From positions 25,210 through 89,209 of the IMG/VR virus record IMGVR_UViG_2922727739_000003: 64,000 nucleotides of DNA; one strand, written 5' to 3'. Below, piece after piece: positions 55,344 through 64,000 of this stretch. The notes beneath the pieces are model-generated. The model ran no database searches and had not been told where the DNA came from. It saw only the letters and a program-made list of their open reading frames with translations. The first letter of the stretch is position 1. Each line of letters begins with the position of its first letter. Position numbers and translations under genes: made by a program. Source of the DNA: a virus.

Positions 55344-55364
55344 AAGAAGGATATCCCTTCTTTT
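55342..55364. terminator. Bidirectional terminator between convergent xre and mazF
   Basis: aaaagaagg-atatc-ccttctttt. Confidence 0.75.
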
Positions 55365-55382
55365 ATTTCACTCTCATCCTAC

Positions 55383-55763
55383 TTAGTTGATCCCCGCTAC
55401 TACTTTATATGTACTGTTCAAACTTGGTTCATATTCATGTGGAATACTTGCAACCTTACATGCCAAATCTTTTTTGTCTAAAACTCTCATCTGTTCAAAC
55501 AATGCAACTGAATGTCTATCGAATCCACATTTATCTTTGTCTAAAAGTACATGAGTTGGAAGATTTGCTTTTTGAGTCTGTGCGGATAAAGGGACTACCA
55601 TAACTACTGGAGAATATTTATTTCCAATATTGTTACTCATAACAATTACAGGTCTCTGTCCCTTTTGAATGTTTGTTTTTACTCCATTAGTTTCTCCTAG
55701 GTTTGCAATCCACACATCCATTTTTTTAATTTCTCTCGTTACACTTTCTACTGCTACCGCCAT
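55383..55763 (-). CDS. mazF: MazF/PemK (EndoA-like) mRNA interferase, no adjacent antitoxin
   Basis: QKGQRPVIVMSNNIGNKYSP...PLSAQ...KANLPTHV...FEQMRVLDK aligns with B. subtilis EndoA; catalytic Arg kept, catalytic Thr replaced by Ser. Confidence 0.9.
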   Translation of the reverse strand: MAVAVESVTREIKKMDVWIANLGETNGVKTNIQKGQRPVIVMSNNIGNKYSPVVMVVPLSAQTQKANLPTHVLLDKDKCGFDRHSVALFEQMRVLDKKDLACKVASIPHEYEPSLNSTYKVVAGIN

Positions 55764-55934
55764 TATGTACACGCTCCTTTTAATTGAAACTTGTTTATGT
55801 TGTTCTTATCGCTATCTTCGTATTATTCCTATTATATATAATTACAAATTCTACTTTTAACTCTAACTATGTTTCTCATTTATTTACTCTCTATATTGGT
55901 AATTATACAAATAAAAATAATAAAATACAATACG

Positions 55935-55946
55935 GAACGTTTGTTC
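55935..55946. promoter_or_regulatory. LexA/DinR (SOS) box between divergent mazF and rsfA-like genes
   Basis: GAAC-GTTT-GTTC, identical to the box at 26822. Confidence 0.75.
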
Positions 55947-56052
55947 TGTCAAGAAATTTAAACACCATGTATATATTCAGTCTTTTACTGCATAAATAAC
56001 TTGACATCTGGATATACATAGAAATAAGGAATATTTATTGGGAGGAATAGAG

Positions 56053-56568
56053 ATGCGACAAGACGCTTGGACTCAGCCTGAGGATGATCTACTAGCCAAA
56101 ATAGTGATAGCCAATATACGCAGCAACAAAACCCAGCTAACCGCATTTCAGGAGGTTGGGAGAGAACTAAATCGTACAGCGGCAGCATGTGGTTTTCGCT
56201 GGAACAGTGCTTTGAGACATAACTATAGGAATGAGATAAAAGCAGCTAAAGAAGAAAGAATGAATAATAAGACAAATACAAAAATAAGAAATACAAATAC
56301 CAACACTGCTATGAAGGCAGACATAAATTATATGACAGAAATAGATAAAGCAATCGACGCACTAAATAACTTGCGATTGGAATTTCTAAATATGCAGGAA
56401 ACAATTCGAATACAAACAAATAAAATAAATGAGTTGAAAATCGAAATTAGTGATGGCAGGAAAGAAAGACCTATCGCTAGCGAGGATTTAGACACATTAC
56501 TTAAGATATTACACAGAGCCGATCAAATACAAAAAAACATGTCTCAATACAAAGAACCTGCCATGTAA
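56053..56568 (+). CDS. rsfA: RsfA-family (Myb-like) transcription regulator
   Basis: RQDAWTQPEDDLLA...TQLTAFQEVGRELNRTAAACGFRWNS is the RsfA N-terminal signature; followed by a terminator hairpin. Confidence 0.85.
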   Translation: MRQDAWTQPEDDLLAKIVIANIRSNKTQLTAFQEVGRELNRTAAACGFRWNSALRHNYRNEIKAAKEERMNNKTNTKIRNTNTNTAMKADINYMTEIDKAIDALNNLRLEFLNMQETIRIQTNKINELKIEISDGRKERPIASEDLDTLLKILHRADQIQKNMSQYKEPAM

Positions 56569-57299
56569 ATTGGCAGGCTTTTTTATAAAAATTATATTTT
56601 ACTCACAATAAAAAACTTTGCGGTGAGGTTATTTAACCGCATCGCTCAGAGGTTGATTCAGCAGATCAATCAGCAATTCGCTTGCCTTCAACCCTTCCCC
56701 AATACCAATTAGATATACAGCCTTCCTAAGTACTTCTCTTGCCTTTTCGTCCACTATTGCTGCTTCCCCTTACTTGTATGTATTTTATCCATTGCACTCA
56801 TGGAGGATGTGCTTAACGTGTTCCAACACATCCTCTAGTTTCTTGCCACACTTATCACAATACACCTTTTAACTCACCTCTTAATTGCTTTACACTGTCA
56901 CATCTAAATTATCTTCTATATACTTTTGTCTTTTTATATATTCTACATGCTTCTTATGTTGTTTCTTTTTCTCTTCATCCCAAGGCTCATACTCTAGAAT
57001 ATTTTCAGACATATACAATCTCACTACTAATTTTCCATTTACCATTCTTTCTACTGCATATTTATCTTTGATGTCACAATAACCTTTTATCCATCCAATA
57101 CTAGCACCTCTTAACCATATGCGTTGGTTATAGCTCCATTTATTTTGTTTAGATTTTAAGTTATCTATTAGTCTATTTGATACCAACCCATTTTTCTCCC
57201 TTCCGCTTAAGATATAAAGATCAAGAGAGTATCACCAATTGCGTATCGTTATGTCTAAGTTGTTCTTTGCATTTATATAGGACTGATAAAACATGCCTT

Positions 57300-57692
57300 T
57301 TACAACCTACCAGAATACTTGTTTACCGTTATAGGATAAAGATATATCTCAATATCCTCATCGATAAAACCTCTCCGTTGAGCTGCCAATAAAGTCTCAT
57401 ACATATTCTTGCGTCCCACGGGGTTATCTGTATGTAAATAGATCTTATCAGCCCTCAATCCATGTTCACAGAAGTACTTCACTAAGTCGTATCCGTTAGG
57501 TAGCTCTTTGCCGTCAATATCTTCGCCTAGATCATGGTCTAAAGTAAGAATGCCGACACTTTTGGTTTCAAGGATATGTATTGCTTCATAGTATGAACGA
57601 GCCACCACAAAGCCATCTGGACAGTCTCTAAGGTCGTCAACATACAGGTCAATCTTATCAGTCACAGCTATGCTCCCTTCCCTGTGAAACAC
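57300..57692 (-). CDS. Cyclic-phosphate-processing receiver-like domain protein
   Basis: LYVDDLR.CP, LDHDLG, GYD, IYLHTDNPVG. Confidence 0.7.
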   Translation of the reverse strand: MFHREGSIAVTDKIDLYVDDLRDCPDGFVVARSYYEAIHILETKSVGILTLDHDLGEDIDGKELPNGYDLVKYFCEHGLRADKIYLHTDNPVGRKNMYETLLAAQRRGFIDEDIEIYLYPITVNKYSGRL

Positions 57693-58083
57693 ATCTTTTA
57701 CTTTAACTCAAAGGTATCCAATATAAATTTAACTTCGTCTGCTGAAATTGAAATTATTTTTCTCACACCTTCAACCTTTTCTTCTTCGTTTGCCATGATC
57801 ACAACTATTCCTGTAAGTTGTTTGCCCTCAATCTCTATATTTGGTCTTTTGTCATCACTTAAAGCAGTAGGTACTGAGTGTGCACTTAGACTTGTTCCTT
57901 TGATTGGCAATCCTATCGGATGTTTTCCTATAATTTCAGCTAGGCTATTAATGTGATTATTCATCCATCTAACATCAAATCCCAAATCAGGGTCTAGAAC
58001 CATTATTCTTGTTTTCTCATAAACAGTTTTTTTCTTCTTGAACCAATTCATTTTCTTACCACCGTTCACTTTTGAATAACCTC

Positions 58084-58449
58084 TCACAAAGCTTCTTCCG
58101 AATCTCTGAATTTATCAAAAATATCTACTAAACTAATAACTGATACGATTGGCTGTGTTTTTTCTTTATCTCCGGGCAAATAAACAATTTCATTATCGAT
58201 TTTTTCTTGAATTAGATTAATAAGAAGCTTGGCTCCAGCAACGTATATTTCATGTAAATTCCCGTCGATATCGTAGTTATAATCTTCACCACGTTTTGGA
58301 ACTTTAAACTCTTCCAACAGATACTGAATATCACTAGATTCGAGTCCAATCTGTGACAGTCCATAAGTTAATCTAACAACTTTCGATTCAAATGGATGTG
58401 TAACCATTTCTCCATTTACAATGTGATATCCGTAAGGTGCTTCAGACAT
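58084..58449 (-). CDS. Small protein resembling a serine-recombinase 'recombinase' domain fragment
   Basis: APYGY....G.....P.E..VV motif; no catalytic resolvase domain. Confidence 0.45.
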   Translation of the reverse strand: MSEAPYGYHIVNGEMVTHPFESKVVRLTYGLSQIGLESSDIQYLLEEFKVPKRGEDYNYDIDGNLHEIYVAGAKLLINLIQEKIDNEIVYLPGDKEKTQPIVSVISLVDIFDKFRDSEEAL

Positions 58450-58926
58450 ATGAATACCTCTTTCCTTAAAATATTTTCAAGGTAAAACAGTCATTTCATT
58501 TTGATTTATCCTCGTTTTTATACTGATACTCATCTAGTGCTTTGTTAATTGTTCTTTGTCTGTGTTTTTTCACTAGATGTTCTTTATATAAAAATGTGAG
58601 GGGAACAATGATAACACCTACAACAATTATCCCGATTGCATATTGTATTAACATTTATCTTTGCTCCCTTCTCATAAAATAGTTATTTTATCTTAAAGAG
58701 ATCAATCATATTTTAACATTGTTGATCTCTTAAAAGTATTTTAATCTTCTTTTAGTTCACTTTAATCCCTTCAATCAGCACTCGGATTTCTTCGATTAGA
58801 ATTAGTATGCATCTGGTTAATATTATGTATTTGATCATCTATGTTGTAGGATGCATAGTTGTTCTCTTTCTCTCTTCTTGAAAAAAACACAGTCTGATAA
58901 ATAGGATGTGCCTTGTAAATTCTTAA

Positions 58927-59787
58927 CTAAAAAAATTTAAATTCTTGATCTTTACTAATTCCATTGAGAACTCTATTTTCTAAAATGGAGATGATACCAT
59001 TGTCAATTTCATCGTCAAACTTTCTAGCAAAAAAAGCATCTGTTGAATTTAGATGTGGTAAATATGCTTCTGTTAGAATATCGGGTCTGTAGAAACCTTC
59101 ATTAGTTACCTTCATATTGAGAAATCTATAGTTATTGTTTCTTATTTGTTTTTCTATGTCTGAATTAAGTAACACGGTTGGAAAGTAGGACTCATCCGAC
59201 ATTAATGATACCCTAAAATAATCCTGCAACTGATACGCCATTGGAGAATCAACAGAATATTGAGCTGCTTGTCTGCTTAATATTTTCCACTGTGAAGCTC
59301 TGTATGGTTCAATCTCAGGAAGAAAATAATCCGTAAATGGTTCTCTATCTCCAAGTACTTTAATTTGTCCACAGTCCTCAACATAATATTTTCCAGTGTA
59401 CGCTTTATTTAAATGAAAATCTTGATGATAATCTAAATAACTTATATTAAAGTCAATTCGCTGTTGAATTTCCTCTTGATTAATCAAGGGAAAGTCTTGA
59501 CCACTCAAATTAATATAATGTGTCCATCCAGGATCTTTGAGCAACACTCTGATTGCATCGATCTCTACCTGAACCAACGACCAGCCTCCCCAAATTAACG
59601 GTCTAGAGGGTAAAGTATAAACATTAGACCAGTTAGATGAAATCAATTTCATGATTTCAAACATTTCGTCCTTTGCTTTTAAATCTACATGTATTAAATA
59701 TATATTTTCAGGTGAATGTATAGCTCGCAGTAATCGAATCAGCTGATTTGGTTTGTGATGAGCTAAGATAAAATAAGCAATTTTCAT
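58927..59787 (-). CDS. GT14-family (Core-2/I-branching, beta-1,6-GlcNAc transferase-like) glycosyltransferase
   Basis: IAYFILAH, IHVD, WGGWSLV, YINLSGQDFPL, SQW, SDESYF and FFARKFD motifs. Confidence 0.88.
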   Translation of the reverse strand: MKIAYFILAHHKPNQLIRLLRAIHSPENIYLIHVDLKAKDEMFEIMKLISSNWSNVYTLPSRPLIWGGWSLVQVEIDAIRVLLKDPGWTHYINLSGQDFPLINQEEIQQRIDFNISYLDYHQDFHLNKAYTGKYYVEDCGQIKVLGDREPFTDYFLPEIEPYRASQWKILSRQAAQYSVDSPMAYQLQDYFRVSLMSDESYFPTVLLNSDIEKQIRNNNYRFLNMKVTNEGFYRPDILTEAYLPHLNSTDAFFARKFDDEIDNGIISILENRVLNGISKDQEFKFF

Positions 59788-60645
59788 GAACTCACTCTTT
59801 CCTTTTAATAAAATAAACCTTTTACTACTACAACATTATATATTGATTACCATCATCCATAAAAGCCACTAGTAACGAATTCTTTTTCACAGTCTTGGAT
59901 TGAAAGGCAACAATGCGTGATACCTCTACTTTCATTTCCTTGTTGCTTGCTTCATCATAAACCAAAATAATTTCTGATTCTGACTCATTTTCTATCACCT
60001 CATAGCTTTAATCTTCTAACTCTACAATACTATGTTGCTAATTTGGTTACAATAAATTTCCTTTTCAATAAATAAATTATAACATGACTAAATGAATTAA
60101 ACAATATATTTCATTATTTTAGTTTATTAAAAACAACTACTTTACAGCAGTCTTTAAATGTATTTATGTATGTTTCAAATTTCTATGCTGTTCATATTGT
60201 TTCGCTGCCTCATGTAATTCAATCCACTTACCCTCATAATTTCTAACATACAGCTTATTGTCTTTTAATGCTCCAGCTTTAAACATAATGATACTCACTC
60301 CCCGTTAAAGAGCTATAGATGTTTACATTAACAGAAAGACCACTCCAATGATAGAAACGATCAATTAACACATAACTCATAGCCTCTCTGGAGCGTCCAG
60401 CGGTCTCGATTTCTTCTTTTACTTTTCCGTCTACGACTATCATATATGTATCCATTTTAAATACTCCTTTTAATTATATTTATTTTTTAATCGAACAAAG
60501 GTACTACTTGTTCAGTTGCTTCTTTAATATCTTCAGCATCATGCCAACTTTCAAACTTGACAGCTAGATCAATGTCGTGCGTATATAGTTGACCGCGCTG
60601 TTCTTCCCAATCTGCTCCTCCGTTGTTATATGAATTTTAATAATT

Positions 60646-63600
60646 TTAGTAGTGTATTCCTGTGATAAAGCCAAATGCGAATGCTATCACAGTAGTTATT
60701 GCTACATAGACACTCCAAAAAATATGCTGTTTTTTATTCATGCTAATTCTCCTAAAAGACTGACTTATTTTATAAGAACCACTCTTAATGTTAGGAAATA
60801 ACGAACTTTTCAAAGTCAAAAATAAATGACTCCATTTTTTTCTTATTGAATTGATAAAGCTTATGTCCATCTAATGTTGGCTTATCTATACAAATTGTGT
60901 TTTTTCCGATACGAAGATAGCCATTAGTGTCAAGTTCTTTGTCATAATATTCGTAATAGTCTGATCCTAAACTGTCAGCTTCCTTGGGAGATAAATTAGA
61001 CCAAACTTCATTTGCAATCATTTTAATGTAGTTATACAACTCTACGAAATCCCTAAGTTCAAAATTATATGTAACATTATATTTATTATTTATTTGGTTT
61101 TGATTCATTTCAAATATCACTGCTGATTTTCGATGTTTAACAATTAACTCTGTCCCGTTAGAACATGTAAAAACCCTAGTCTTCATATTCTTCGCTCCTT
61201 CTTACTTGATTACATTCCAGTATTTGCATATCATACAAATAGATTAGTATAATTAAATTAATCTTAAATTGAGAAAGGAAAATAAGAATGGTACTAAAAA
61301 TCAAAAATTTGGGTTATGGATTAAGCGCATTATCCTTCGTTTATGCTATTTATGCTTACTTCATCAAACATCTGCTAAGGGTTACTCCAGATACACGAGA
61401 ATTTATGGGTTCTCAGATAAGCAATTCGCTTAATAAAGATTTAGTTCAAGCATTAAATGACTACACTGTATCTATTCCATTTGCTTTTATTTTCTTAGTA
61501 ATTGGTATAGCAATTATTTTTGCTAATAAATACTTTGATTAAGTTGCGACTTTTGGTCGCTTTTTTTTTGTTATCAAATACTTCATTTATCAAAATCATC
61601 AATCATTGACCTTATTGTTTTCAGTTGCTTCGCTTGAGCTTCATTCACTTTTAATTGATGCTCAAATGCACTTTTATACTCCTTAACTTCTTTAAGGCTC
61701 CTTCTCACCAGTTCACGCAAATTTGCCTTGTTGTACTTTTCCTCCAACAATTTATCATCTAATTTCTCTGGACTTAACAGCACCAACTCTTTTGTGTCAT
61801 CAATAATTTTATCCATTGGTGTTCCTCTCCTCTATTTCTTAATAAAAGAATCCTTTTATACAGATTCACTATTTAGTTTCATGTCCATTCTTAACATATT
61901 GAAAATTGCTGAATCGAATTTTTCATTATTGTACTTACGGCAGAAACCAAGTAACAAAGCCTCATCAAATGTCATTCTTGATTCATTGAAAAATTTACCG
62001 TTAACTACGGGATAGAACGTTGTTTCCTTTGTTTTGTTTAGTCTTACTTCTGCTTCTACAATGGCTAGATCATCACAAATGATTGTTGTTTTAACTACTC
62101 TTCGATAATCTTGTTCAACTAGCTTTTCAATTACTTCTTCTTTCTCTCTCTGTTCCAGCCAAGACTTAGCCATTCCATAAATTCGAGCCAATTGAAAGTT
62201 CCCTGTCTCTTTTTTTGACAACTCAGAAAAGAATTTCGGTATTTCTTTGAATTCTAGATCCTTTAACATAAATCCGACACTCCCCATAAAATAATCTTTT
62301 TATCTGAAACGAACCTCATCACTGCTGATTCGTTGTGTCACCTTATATGACTTTAATTCGCCTACATCTTTTTTTGATGCCCATTGAACATATCCGCTGG
62401 GAGTAATGTACGCAAAAGTGTGAATATTATCGCTGATTACTGGCAATTGAAATTCACCATGATATAGTGGATAGGTAATGTATTCATTAATAAGAAAATC
62501 GAAATTGTATTTCTCTATGTAATCGAATTTTTCAATGGTTGGAATAAATACGAACCATTTCATTCTGTCAATCGATTGAGACTGAATAGACATCTCTACA
62601 CCATCATTGAGAATGTATGGCACATTGTCTACTTCTCCTGTTACTTGCATTGTAGTTACAATTCTAATTTTATAATCCACTTGACTTCACTCCTTATAAA
62701 ATATTCATTTTAAGTTGCTTTCGATATATTTTTTATACTTTACATCTAAATCTTTAAAAAAAGATTCGTCATTATTCGCATTGAACATAAATGTAATTCG
62801 AGACTTCTTATTATTTCTTTTATAATTCACATACACCCATTTATTAAGTGGCACTAGCTCATAGCCGGTTATTTCTTCAAATCCTACTTGATCACCTTCA
62901 TAGCAGACATATGTACTGCCTACGTGCACCTTTTTGTTGTCCCAAAGAAGATGGTCGCCCTTTTCTATACCATAGTAGTATCTCCAAAATTTCTGAGTTA
63001 AAAAGATAGAACAAGCAATTACACTACCTAGTATTAATGGTGCAAACAGTCCAGCATCTGGAAACGCCAAGAAACCTAAAAAACATAATGGAGCAGCCAT
63101 AACAATGGTAGCACAACCCGGACTAAATTTAGAATTATTCCACAGCCTCACTTGAATTCTCCTTTTAGTTTTGCAGTTATATACTTGCTAATCAAAGGAT
63201 CATTTTATTTTCCTTAGACTCAATTCAATCTTCAGCAAAGCACAAACTTCATCAAGACTGACAAAACCTCATTTAGATGCATTCCTATTCATATCTGTAA
63301 GCAAATTCTTTGTTTCCTCTTCAACTTGTTGCATGTAAAGATCAAAGTTCCCTTGCAATTCTGTCCGAATAGTTTCTTTAGTAAGATTAGGATATTTCTT
63401 CTCATCAATCTCGAAGGTAATTGACAATTTCACTTTCATAATAATCGACTCCTTTGTTTTATAAGTTATTTCGTCACTTGTAATAAAAATATAGTTTTAC
63501 GCAGTTCGTTTTAAAGCAATATTCATGACAACCATTGCACCTTCATTTTCACGCAATGCAGCAAATTTGGCCATTTCTATTTTATCATCGAACGAATATA

Positions 63601-63703
63601 TATTCGCCTCTAATTTATCTGACACCTTCTCAAACACGGTTACGTTGTACATGTTAATCACCTCATATGTATTGTTTCTCTCTGTGCTTATATTATATAT
63701 CAT
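60646..63703 (-). other. Hypothetical ORFs (60646-60870, 60791-61186, 61583-61816, 61856-62287, 62300-62680, 62705-63151, 63497-63703)
   Basis: ORF track, SD motifs; TAAAA-N6-TTTTA at most junctions. Confidence 0.65.
61288..61542 (+). CDS. Lone plus-strand two-TM membrane protein
   Basis: SD AAAGGA; terminator gcgacttttggtcgcttttttttt after the stop. Confidence 0.7.
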   Translation: MVLKIKNLGYGLSALSFVYAIYAYFIKHLLRVTPDTREFMGSQISNSLNKDLVQALNDYTVSIPFAFIFLVIGIAIIFANKYFD

Positions 63704-64000
63704 TTAATTATTTTTGTATATAGATATTATTCATTTCATTATATTTATTTGTTTAATAAAAAAAGACCGCTTATGCGATCTATTTCTTGGTCATATACAT
63801 TAGATAGTGTTTTTTACACATTCCTCTTACCAATACCCTATTCTTGCATAATCGCATTTTACAAATTCTTGGGTTCGCTCTAATTTCCCAAGATTTTTTA
63901 TAGGGCATTAAACTTTCAGGCAAGTGAAATATAGGGAGAATGCTTAGTATCTCCATGTAACACTTGTCGCAACATTCTGCTTCTGGGTATTGTGATGTAA

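Larger units (their letters stand above)
3307..63499. repeat. Dispersed palindromic junction element (R)TAAAA-N6-TTTTA(Y)
   Basis: Perfect 16-bp copies start at 3307, 5014, 7995, 8663, 9949, 12686, 13755, 14881, 15188, 15582, 16060, 21041, 24269, 26146, 27939, 30494, 34349, 36205, 36832, 38049, 41036, 43572, 47953, 56586, 57287, 58675, 59809, 61843, 62287, 62697 and 63484. One-mismatch copies start at 4655, 6803, 7175, 9015, 20730, 22054, 22354, 25110, 27164, 31851, 37220, 40080, 40807, 45148, 57685, 58483 and 63192. Confidence 0.9.
1..64000 (-). mobile_element. Segment of an SPbeta-like large temperate phage/prophage (early, replication and regulatory region)
   Basis: YorF/G/I/J/K-like replication genes, YopQ/YopR-like pair, short ligase, RNRs, and a dense one-strand array of small ORFs; no host housekeeping operons. 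Confidence 0.88.

Noticed and set aside
55784-55999. 71-aa ORF upstream of mazF as a possible MazE antitoxin
   Set aside because: Low-complexity AT-rich translation, no SD, no RHH/AbrB-like pattern; it overlaps the regulatory region containing the LexA box.
55989-56020. SigF-type promoter for the rsfA-like gene (GCATA-15 bp-GGATATAC)
   Set aside because: The -10 match is only partial and a TTGACA overlaps it; too weak to call.
58084-58449. Possible prophage integrase
   Set aside because: Only 121 aa with a recombinase-domain-like motif; no catalytic serine domain and no att site identified.
3307-63499. Junction palindromes read as a CRISPR array or REP-like repeat
   Set aside because: The copies are only 16 bp with a variable centre and are separated by hundreds to thousands of bases of intact ORFs; no cas genes or constant-length spacers.
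1954-63707. Most plus-strand ORFs in the track (e.g. 1954-2178, 2905-3240, 10576-10866, 19728-20228, 41485-42090, 44613-45053, 46720-47073)
   Set aside because: They are antisense shadows of well-supported minus-strand genes, with no SD and no recognisable motifs.

Overview
AT-rich (about one-third GC by eye) 64 kb segment of a large SPbeta-like temperate phage or prophage of a spore-forming Firmicute (Bacillaceae/Paenibacillaceae; the host cannot be fixed from the sequence). Almost all genes are on the minus strand. The window covers the early/replication arm: class I (partial) and class III ribonucleotide reductases, RecJ, primase, DnaB-like helicase, ATP-dependent ligase, AAA ATPase/SSB-like pair, a DNA methyltransferase, one tRNA-CAU and about 90 short accessory ORFs. 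It also holds a regulatory block with YopQ-like and MrpR/YopR-like genes, an XRE regulator, an orphan MazF and an RsfA-like gene. No capsid/terminase module, full integrase or CRISPR array is visible. Three things stand out. (1) A palindromic TAAAA-N6-TTTTA element with a variable spacer marks at least 31 gene junctions perfectly and about 17 more with one mismatch, but is missing inside the core replication and regulatory operons, which suggests a gene-cassette or operator array. (2) A kinase-less Agr-like operon (multi-TM protein, AgrB, an unannotated 40-aa AgrD, stand-alone LytTR) sits directly behind the MrpR-like repressor, and no arbitrium receptor is seen in the window. (3) Several genes, including RecJ, primase and an HNH nuclease, appear to start at non-canonical ATA/ATT/ATC/CTG codons. 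All family assignments come from motif recognition by eye; no database searches were run.
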